Both the position numbers and the translations under genes were made by a program. Below, piece after piece: positions 10,230 to 19,631 of a stretch of DNA of 32,000 bases. Position 1 is the first letter of the stretch; every line of letters starts with the position of its first letter. The notes beneath the pieces were generated by a model. It had not been told where the DNA came from. It saw nothing but the letters and a program-made list of their open reading frames with translations, and did no database searches. Origin of the DNA: Mycobacterium leprae TN (lineage in GTDB: Bacteria > Actinomycetota > Actinomycetes > Mycobacteriales > Mycobacteriaceae); NCBI RefSeq assembly GCF_000195855.1, contig NC_002677.1:630001-662000 (forward strand). Direction: 5' to 3'.

Positions 10230-10800
10230 ATCTACTGTGACCGACGCCTATAACGGGTCGTTTAACCAGCTGCTGAGCCATCAGCTCAATGTCTAAAGCA
10301 CTCTGCTGGTTGTCAATCTTGGACGCCACGTGGAGGAGGTCGATTTTTTGAGTTGAGTGTGAAGTTCCCACATTTCCACCGCCGAAGAACTGATTGCCAC
10401 CATCGGGACAGGGTCGTGGACGCTGGAAAATCCCGGCGGCCACGACAAAGGTAACGTTGGCAACGAAAGGGACGAACGGCAGACGGGACATGGTGCCGTG
10501 ATTTGATCGCCGTCGATATTACTGTTACGGTTCAACCCGGGATGGTCACCTAAACTCTAATATCCCGACAATGATGAATGATGGGTTGTTGACTTTGGTG
10601 TAAGGGTTTACCAATAAATTCTTGCTTTCAGTCGTATATATCCCCATTGTGAGAGCTTCCATTATTGACATGACTAGCACAGTGAAACCAATGATTTTCC
10701 AGACATACAACAAAAACGATACTACATCAAATGTTCCTAATCTTAATATGAATTATAAGCGGATTTTGATCGCTAAATTTGGTTGTGCGGCGTCATCAAT
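10230..10800 (-). pseudogene. second, more degraded phosphoesterase-family remnant, copy B (internally deleted)
   Basis: On the - strand I read SIVFVVCLENHWFH (10720-10682), YTKVNNPSFIIVG, RLPFVPFVANVT, FFGGGNVGTSH and IDNQQSALDIELMAQQL (about 10311-10260). The motif order is the same as in copy A. About 200 bp of the middle appears to be missing. The N-terminal part lies in roughly 37% GC DNA. Confidence 0.35.
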
Positions 10801-11098
10801 ACTCAAATTTGTCACGCGGCTTGTCTGCAACGTTATTACTGGGTCTCTTTTTGTTTATTTTTGGTCAAAAGCTAGAAAGTTTTCCGGTATGTGAATTCTT
10901 CATCTCGTTGACTAGCAAACATATAGGTGTCATACAGAATTTCTGTGATATTGCAGTCCACTAAAATTGTATAGCTTGCTCAGCGATGGCCGAAGGTGGT
11001 CAAATAACATCATTGATATCCACAGTGGTACCGTAGATAATCTAAAGTCACGGGGACAAAAATTGAATCTGTTTTAATTAGCCGTAAGTTCATTTCGG

Positions 11099-11660
11099 TC
11101 ACAATAACAACGTGTCAGAATCGAGCGTTTTGACAGGCCAGCTGAGGTCAGCGCAAGATTTTTGCGTAAAACAAACTGTCGCGCGGTTTAGAGCCCATAA
11201 GCGGGTAGACGGCGTGGCGGGAAAGTCGGCTCGTTCCATAAGTTGCGCCGAACGCGTGTTATCGATGTTGCAGGTGGCCCAGACCCTTTACACATCTGGT
11301 CCGGTGTTCGGCGTGGTGAGCAATCTGGTTGAGTGCCTCCGACATCAAACCTTTGCACCACCACCGACCGAGGCAGTAATCAACTTCGATGTAGTGCCCA
11401 ACTGGGTGTTGGCAGCTGGTCAACTCGATCACATCGCAACTGGTTCGCAGCGTTATGGTTCAGGTCCGCTCGTTATAGCTGACATTGGTGCGCTCGGCGA
11501 TGACCCATCGCGTTGCCGCGATGTCAGGGTGTGGCGTCCACAGCAAGTATCACGTGACCTGGGGATCGGGTGGGTGCCCCAATTGAAAATCTGGTCGATT
11601 TCGTCGGGCTTGGGTAGGTACAGCAGCAGTCGTGGGGCCCGACCATCCGGTCCGGTAGGG
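11099..11660 (-). pseudogene. GNAT N-acetyltransferase (RimJ/RimL-like) pseudogene
   Basis: Read on the - strand over at least three frames. Fragments: RLLLYLPKPDEIDQIFNWGTHPIP (typical LRLRPxxxxD N-terminus), HYIEVDYCLGRWWCKGLMSEALNQIAHHA (motif A region) and ATCNIDNTRSAQLMERADF (11279-11221). It ends at TGA 11101-11099. Confidence 0.5.
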
Positions 11661-11739
11661 TAAATTGACCAGCTCCGCTAAAGCCCGAGCTTTGCGATTA
11701 GGTGTGGCGGGCGAACTTGAGTTGTGGCTGTTAGCCAAC

Positions 11740-13100
11740 TTTGTCTGGGAAGTGTTACCGCGCGACGGCGGCCAGCATAGGCGAATTCTGGACCAGAAGA
11801 GCAGGATCTCAAGTAGGTAGCCGTGTCGGCCTGCCATTACGTCACCATAGGCGCCAGGTCAACGAAATGTCCCGAGCCCACCCGGAACGAAGTAACGGCG
11901 CGCGTTTCGCCGGGTCGGTTACTGCCGACAGATTCGATTCAACCCACGCCTACGGCCAACCTAGAATGGCGTCCCAAGCAAGGGCGCGTCGCTTGTGTTT
12001 CGTCGGTGGGCCGATCCGGGTGCATCAGACGCACCGCCCCTGCGGACAGCCCACACGTTGTCGATTGCTCCGTCGCCGAGCAATATATGCACGAACCGCA
12101 GGTAGCTGCCGGCGGTCGACCATCATCCGCCGCCGGCGTTACAGAATGACGGTGGCTTGATGTGTGGTGGCTCTAGCCCGTCGTGTCGTAACTGGCCCTT
12201 TTCGTCGAGTCGGTACATGGTCGCTGCGCCTAGATCTTATGTCGGCGGGGATGAAGAACCCGGTGTCAGTCATGCCTGCCCAGCCTAGAATTTCGTTCAT
12301 CGAGAACCTGGTCAAGCAGGTTGTCCTCGATGCGGGATGCGATCACGCCCAGCACATTTATCGAGTGGCTGTAGGTGACTCGATAAATGTGATAATGCAC
12401 TAGCGGGAATTTTTTAGCCAGAAGTCTGACCTCCGATGGGACGGCAGTAACAAGTTTACTTTACGAAATCTACCTGGGTACCGAGAATCGATAGGTCAGA
12501 CTGCTTGTATGGGTGAGCAGATCTCGAGGAGGGCGGCGCGTTGTGCTGGGTCCGTCCGGTCTAACGGACCGTCCGGTTGGTCGGGTACTTGCAGCTCGGC
12601 TAATTCCGGTTCCCAGCGCGCGATCGGGTCGTGCAATGTCTGCTTGCTTTCGCCGAGTAGACTCATCACCGCGGCCACCGTTACCGGTTTGATCATCGAC
12701 GCGATACAAAACAGCGTGTCTTTTTGCATCAGCGGGCCTGTGTTGATGTTGCGGTAACCGATCTCTTTGATCTGCAACGTTTCTCCGCGATGCCAGAACA
12801 CTGTCAACGCGTCGGCAACTAAGTCGGCATCGCAAACCTCACGGATGGAGATCTAATTGCCGTAGCGATTCACCCGGTTCAGCTCGATGCTCGCTGCTGT
12901 GTGTGGACGCACCAGAATACCAGATTTTATTTCGGTTCCTTTCTGTTAGCGGCGAACCGTGCTGGATTCCAGCGACCCAATATCCCACTGCGTCGCCAAG
13001 GATGTCTTGCAACGTCTGGTTGAAGACTGCGGGCAGCGGCCTTGTCACGTTGGACGAGTTGGCGTCGGAGAAGCAGCTGATCAACAGGGTGGCGCCGGGT
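11740..13100 (-). pseudogene. beta-lactamase-like serine hydrolase / esterase (class C fold) pseudogene
   Basis: Read on the - strand. Fragments: GDAVGYWVAGIQHGSPL, FCIASMIKPVTVAAVM (the S-x-x-K catalytic motif at 12699-12688) and LLTHTSSLTY. Also TYSHSINVLGVIASRIEDNLLDQVLDER and NAGGG(TGA)WSTAGSYLRFVHILLGDGAI (about 12160-12065). There are several frameshifts and in-frame stops. Confidence 0.6.
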
Positions 13101-13109
13101 CTGGTGGCA

Positions 13110-13560
13110 CGATAAACTACGGCGGTCCAGCTGCGTTTGCCGTCGTCGTCCAGGCAATTGAACGTGCCGCTGTCGATACGGTGTCGAATGCATTGGCGTA
13201 GCTACCGAGTTTGCTAGAGTCGGCTACCGCGCAACTTACCTCGCTTCCGGCGTCCTTGGTCCGCCCCTCGGCGGTGATCAGCTCGGTCGACGAGATATCC
13301 GACTCGGTAAAGTAAATTCGTTTTTGGCCAGTTTAGGCGGCGTTGTCGCTCAACTCGCAGCTGATGTCGAGAACATCTCCGTGCACCCAGTCTCCGCTTT
13401 GCAACCCGATGACATTCTCCTTGGGCGCCTTGGTAACCCATGGGTGGTGTGGACTATCGCCGGGACGTCGTCGCCTGGGCTCTTACTGCGATATAGGGTA
13501 CTCGAAGTCCATCCGTGGGAAGTTCGTCCTAGTCCTCCGCTTAGCGTGGCCGTCGGGCTA
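13110..13560 (-). pseudogene. unassigned protein-like remnant, Cys-containing and possibly exported; may be an N-terminal domain of the downstream hydrolase
   Basis: The - strand frame stays open with protein-like composition: WVTKAPKENVIGLQSGDWVHGDVLDISCELSDNAA(TAA 13335-13333)TGQKRIYFTESDISSTELITAEGRTKDAGSEVSCAVADSSKLGS. It then reads IDSGTFNCLDDDGKRSWTAVVYRATRPGATLLISCFSDANSS. I did not recognise any family motif. Confidence 0.25.
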
Positions 13561-13679
13561 CTTGCGCGGTGTGAATTTGTTCAATGCTAAATCAATCCTG
13601 GTCTACATTTCACTAATGAGTATCTCAAGTCGACCCGATGATGGCTGAGCGGTAGTGTGTCCCGGTGGGTGTGTTGGAT

Positions 13680-14938
13680 TTAGCTCTGTGCCAGTCTATT
13701 TCGTCTGTCCTTGTGCTGACACGTCAGCTGACGTGTTTTCTTGACATAGTTGCAGCGCTCGCAGTATCCGAGCCCGTTTGCCGCAGTTGTCGGTCCGACG
13801 TGATGATATGGCTCGGCATGGTCGCAGTGACGGATTAGGGCATCACAGAATGATGGGGTACGACAGCGCTGATCCCACAACCCGATTAAGCAGGCCGGCC
13901 CCTTCGGGAAGTAGCGCGCCCGTGACTCCATGACCACCAAGGCTCCCGAGCGCGGATGATGATAGAGCCGGCGCAGCGTAGCCCGTGACCGGGTATCGGT
14001 GATCGCGTCACTGACTAGGTTGTACGCCACCGCCTCCGGTATGAGGCCATACCCGTCGACCATCGCTGCGGTGTTGTCGCCACTCAGCAGCGTTTCGTCG
14101 AAGATTACGTAGGTTAACCGCAACCGGTTGAGCCACCTACGCCGGTCAGCCTGTGATGTGTGCGATCGATGTATTCGGTCATCACTTGGCCACGCGTGCG
14201 GTTGTCGAATGTAGTGTCGGCGGCCCGCTTAAGCGTCGTATGCACTGACACACCTCGGGCGACTGGAAGCAACGCCATCACCCCGGTTACGGTGTCGGGG
14301 CCTACTGGATAGTGTCACGATGCGTTCGGCTTTGGAGGTCCGATCCACCACTGCCTGCGTGTTGAGCTAATAGGCAATCTGCTTTGCCACGGTCGCGCTG
14401 CGCGCATCACCCATGCCGTCCAGTTTCGACATTTCGGTGCAGAGTTCGGCGTCCAGTGCGGCGCCAGGCCTAAATGTCCAAGCATGTTGACTCTGCACGG
14501 TCAGTGTAGCGGTGTGGCCCGCCACTCGAGATATCCGGCCCGGTCTCCAGTGCGGTGAGTGTGTTCTGTATCTCATACACCAACGCCTTGGGTGAATCCC
14601 AGATGCTGCCTGCCCCGAGTGGGCGAATCCCGTCGCACCAACGAGATCTCACTGCCCCCTGCAGCGCTGCAGTGCTGGCACCTCCGCATAAACTATCTAT
14701 TTGGGCGACGCGCAGCGTACAGCGCCACGGCCGCCTCCACTTGAGCTGCGGCGGCTGCCGATTTCACCCGCTCCAACGTGGCGATTCGAGCGACCAGTAT
14801 CGCCTCATTGGCATGCGGATCTACCGCTGCCAGCCACCTAGATCGAACATACTTGGGATACTGGATCCGGGTGTCGACAAGTTGACTTGGTAGGGATGTA
14901 GGGATATTTAGCCAGCGATCCCGCTGGGTGCCCCGCAT
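13680..14938 (-). pseudogene. DUF222 + HNH endonuclease protein of the mycobacterial 13E12-repeat type, pseudogene
   Basis: Three - strand pieces were spliced. The N-terminus reads ILVARIATLERVKSAAAAAQVEAAVALYAARR (14938-14693, one frame). A middle piece (14576-14367) and the C-terminus (14123-13680) share another frame but are separated by stops. The C-terminus reads VDGYGLIPEAVAYNLV...ATLRRLYHHPRSGALVVMESRARYFP...CRTPSFCDALIRHCDHAEPYHHVGPTTAANGLGYCERCNYVK, which is the HNH motif. It lies directly upstream of and divergent from pyrR, as Rv1378c does. Confidence 0.7.
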
Positions 14939-14993
14939 CGTAACCGGGGGTCAGTAGTGCTAGGCTGCCCGGCAGTCGACGTCCTTTATCGAT

Positions 14994-15009
14994 CCGTCCG
15001 GAGAGGCGG
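14994..15009 (+). promoter_or_regulatory. PyrR-binding-loop-like RNA hairpin in the pyr leader, next to the Shine-Dalgarno sequence
   Basis: CCGUCCGGAGAGGCGG can pair as CCG(U)CC / GGCGG around a GGAGA loop. The core GUCCGGAGAGGCG resembles the PyrR recognition consensus, about ARUCCAGAGAGGYU as I recall it. GAAGGAGG at 15011-15018 follows immediately, and the pyrR ATG is at 15032. Confidence 0.4.
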
Positions 15010-15031
15010 AGAAGGAGGTCTGCGTACCACC

Positions 15032-16542
<1,511 letters not shown>

Positions 16543-16546
<4 letters not shown>

Positions 16547-17835
16547 GCGTGTTACTTCGTGGTGTCCGCTTGTATGGCGAGGGTGAACAAGTCGATGTAC
16601 TGGTTGAGGGCGAGCAGATCGCCAACATTGGTGCTGGTATTGATATTCCCGACACTGCTGATGTGATTGATGCCATCGATCAGGTGCTGCTGCCCGGCCT
16701 GGTGGACCTGCACACCCACTTGCGCGAGCCGGGCCGCGAATATGCTGAGGACATCGAAACTGGTTCGGCAGCAGCGGCTCTTGGTGGTTACACTGCGGTT
16801 TTCGCGATGCCCAATACCACCCCTGTAGCGGACAGTCCGGTGGTTACCGACCATGTCTGGCGTCGTGGCCAGCAGGTCGGCCTGGTTGATGTGCACCCCG
16901 TCGGTGCGGTCACCGTCGGGCTGGCCGGAGCCGAGCTCACCGAGATGGGTATGATGGCTGCCGGTGCCGCACAGGTGCGGATCTTCTCCGACGATGGCAA
17001 CTGTGTGCATAACCCGTTGGTGATGCGCCGTGCCCTGGAGTACGCCACTGGCCTGGGGGTGCTGATCGCTCAGCACGCCGAGGAACCGAGGCTGACTGTC
17101 GGCGCTGTTGCGCACGAGGGACCTACGGCCGCCAGGCTGGGATTGTCGGGATGGCCCAGAGCGGCCGAGGAATCAATTGTTGCCCGCGACGCCCTGTTGG
17201 CCCGTGATGCCGGCGCTCGGGTGCACATCTGCCACGCTTCTACCGCAGGAACCGTAGAGATCCTGAAATGGGCTAAAGAGCAAGGTATTTCGATAACTGC
17301 CGAGGTAACACCACATCATCTTTTGCTCGATGACAGCAGGTTAGCCAGCTACGACGGGGTGAATCGGGTCAACCCGCCGCTGCGCGAAACCGCCGACGCA
17401 GTCGCACTGCGGCAGGCGTTGGCTGATGGGATCATCGATTGTGTGACTACCGACCACGCCCCGCATGCCGATCATGAGAAGTGCGTCGAATTCTCCGCAG
17501 CGCGCCCTGGCATGCTGGGCTTGCAGACGGCGCTGTCGGTGGTGGTGCACACGATGGTGGTGCCTGGCCTATTAAGCTGGCGCGATGTCGCGCAGGTGAT
17601 GAGTGAGAACCCTGCCCGCATCGCCGGGTTGCCCGATCATGGCCGGCCACTGGAGGTGGGTGAACCGGCTAACCTGACGGTGGTGGACCCGGACGTTACC
17701 TGGACGGTCACCGGCGACGGCTTGGCCAGCAGGTCAGCCAACACGCCGTACGAGGCGATGACCCTGCCCGCCACTGTGACTGCGACCCTGCTGCGCGGGA
17801 AGGTCACCGCCCGGGGTCAGAAGAGTCCGGTATGA
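16543..17835 (+). CDS. pyrC: dihydroorotase
   Basis: 430-aa ORF with an ATGA overlap on the pyrB stop. It contains [10 protein letters not shown] (HxH metal site), FSDDG and TDHAPH. Confidence 0.95.
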
Positions 17836-18345
17836 ACTCTGGCACGCTGGTGGGGTCGCTGGTTGTCACGGCTCTGCTGGTGGTGTTGTGTTGCTGGCAG
17901 TGATAATTCAACTGATGATGTGTAGATGGCGGTGTCGTGGGCGGCGGCAGGTGGAGCTGATTAGCATTCTGCCCGACATGCTTGCTGAGGCGGGTGAGGA
18001 ACTATGACTACCTGCGTCATGTACGTCGGGTACACGATGGCGTCAGTCTGGAACGAGCGGATCGCGGCCGGTGATTTTGGGTATCGAAGCAGGGCGGTGC
18101 TGACCCGCTATCCTGAGGGAATCATGTTGCAGTGCATCCATATCCGACAAATTTGGATTCCGCAGGAGTCGATTATTGCCATCTGTACCGAGTGCAGCAT
18201 CGCCGGAAAGATTGCTGTTCGCAATAGGATACTTGCGATCCGGTGGTGGATCCCGTCGGGCGTTGAGCTCGATACCGGGACTCGGGCAAATAACCGCAAC
18301 GAATACCGCGAGTGGCTAGAGCCTCAGACAGGAGAAGCCGCGTGA
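17832..18345 (+). pseudogene. Rv1382-like membrane-anchored protein split over three frames; the distal 113-aa ORF 18004-18345 may still be translatable
   Basis: ATG 17832 overlaps the pyrC stop (GTATGA) and encodes the TM helix [23 protein letters not shown], ending at TGA 17901. Frame 2 (17900-18007) continues VIIQLMMCRWRCRGRRQVELISILPDMLAEAGEEL. Frame 1 (18004-18345) encodes a globular-looking 113 aa. Together they total about 171 codons, the size expected for one gene in this slot. Confidence 0.5.
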
Positions 18346-18421
18346 GCCGCGCCGGCGATGATGCAGAGCGAAAGAGCGATGTGGGGTCACCTACCGCTTG
18401 CGGGAGAAAGGAGTGGCTCTC

Positions 18422-19549
18422 GTGAGCAAAGCCCTACTGGTTCTCGAAGACGGCCGCGTCTTCACCGGCATGCCGTTTGGTGCGATTGGCCAAACGTTGG
18501 GTGAAGCCGTGTTTTCCACCGGCATGTCCGGCTACCAGGAGACGTTGACCGATCCCAGTTATCACCGTCAGATCGTGGTGGCCACCGCCCCGCAGATCGG
18601 CAACACCGGCTGGAACGACCAGGACGGTGAGAGTCGCGACGATAGAATCTGGGTCGCGGGTTACGCGGTGCGTGACCCGTCTCCGTGCGCCTCGAACTGG
18701 CGCGCCACCGGCACGCTGGAAGACGAGCTGGTCCGCCAGCGTATTGTTGGGATCGCCGGTATCGACACTCGGGCGGTAGTGCGTCATCTGCGCAGATACG
18801 GTTCGATGAAGGCGGGTGTGTTTTCTGGCAAGGCAATGATCGAGCCCCTAAATATCGAGGCGCTAGTACAACATGTGCGCACCCAGCAGTCGATGCTGGG
18901 TGCTGATCTTGTTGGCGAAGCCAGCACACTGGATGCATATGTTGTTGAACCCAAAGGGAAGGAACGCTTTACGGTGGCAGCGCTTGACCTCGGGATCAAG
19001 ACCAACACGCCGCGCAACTTCGCTCGGCGTGGGATTCGCAGCTATGTGCTGCCGGCGTCGGCGACGTTCAACCAAATTGCCGACATCAAACCGCATGGCC
19101 TGTTTTTGTCCAATGGCCCTGGTGACCCGGCTACCGCCGACCACGTCGTTGCGCTCACTCGAGAGGTGCTGAACGCCGGAATTCCTTTGTTCGGTATCTG
19201 TTTCGGCAACCAGATCTTGGGCCGGGCGCTAGGACTGTCGACCTACAAGATGGTCTTCGGCCACCGCGGTATCAATATACCGGTCATCGACCACGCCACC
19301 GGACGGGTCGCGGTGACCGCGCAAAACCATGGTTTCGCACTGGAAGGGGAGGCAGGCCAGTCCTTCGACACACCTTTTGGCTCAGCGGTGGTCAGTCACA
19401 CCTGTGCCAACGATGGGGTGGTGGAAGGTGTCAAACTCGCTGACGGGCGTGCATTTTCGGTGCAATATCACCCGGAGGCGGCCGCCGGCCCGCACGATGC
19501 CGAGTACCTATTCGATAGTTTTGTCGAACTCATGGCAGCCCAGCGATGA
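18422..19549 (+). CDS. carA: carbamoyl-phosphate synthase small (glutamine amidotransferase) subunit
   Basis: The ORF is open from 18398. GTG 18422 ([14 protein letters not shown]) is preferred because GAAAGGAG lies about 8 nt upstream and it matches the usual CarA N-terminus. It contains GICFGNQIL (catalytic Cys) and VQYHPEA. Confidence 0.93.
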   Translation: MSKALLVLEDGRVFTGMPFGAIGQTLGEAVFSTGMSGYQETLTDPSYHRQIVVATAPQIGNTGWNDQDGESRDDRIWVAGYAVRDPSPCASNWRATGTLEDELVRQRIVGIAGIDTRAVVRHLRRYGSMKAGVFSGKAMIEPLNIEALVQHVRTQQSMLGADLVGEASTLDAYVVEPKGKERFTVAALDLGIKTNTPRNFARRGIRSYVLPASATFNQIADIKPHGLFLSNGPGDPATADHVVALTREVLNAGIPLFGICFGNQILGRALGLSTYKMVFGHRGINIPVIDHATGRVAVTAQNHGFALEGEAGQSFDTPFGSAVVSHTCANDGVVEGVKLADGRAFSVQYHPEAAAGPHDAEYLFDSFVELMAAQR

Positions 19550-19631
19550 CCGCGAGCCCGCGCGTTTGCAAAACGACACGTCGCAATCACTGTTCAAATG
19601 AGGACGCTTGCGCCCAGAAAGGGGGACGCTA

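Noticed and set aside
11112-11663. This is the largest ORF in the gene desert (+ strand, 183 aa).
   Set aside because: It has no recognisable motifs and it is exactly antisense to the GNAT remnant, whose motifs are clear on the - strand. It is a typical shadow ORF in GC-rich DNA.
12300-12470. The - strand HYHIYRVTYSHSINVLGVIASRIED looked like a ParE/RelE toxin C-terminus.
   Set aside because: It lies between the LLTHTSSLTY and GGG.WSTAGSYLRF motifs of the beta-lactamase-like pseudogene. It matches that family's YSN.G..LLG.IIE..SG region. No antitoxin partner is present.
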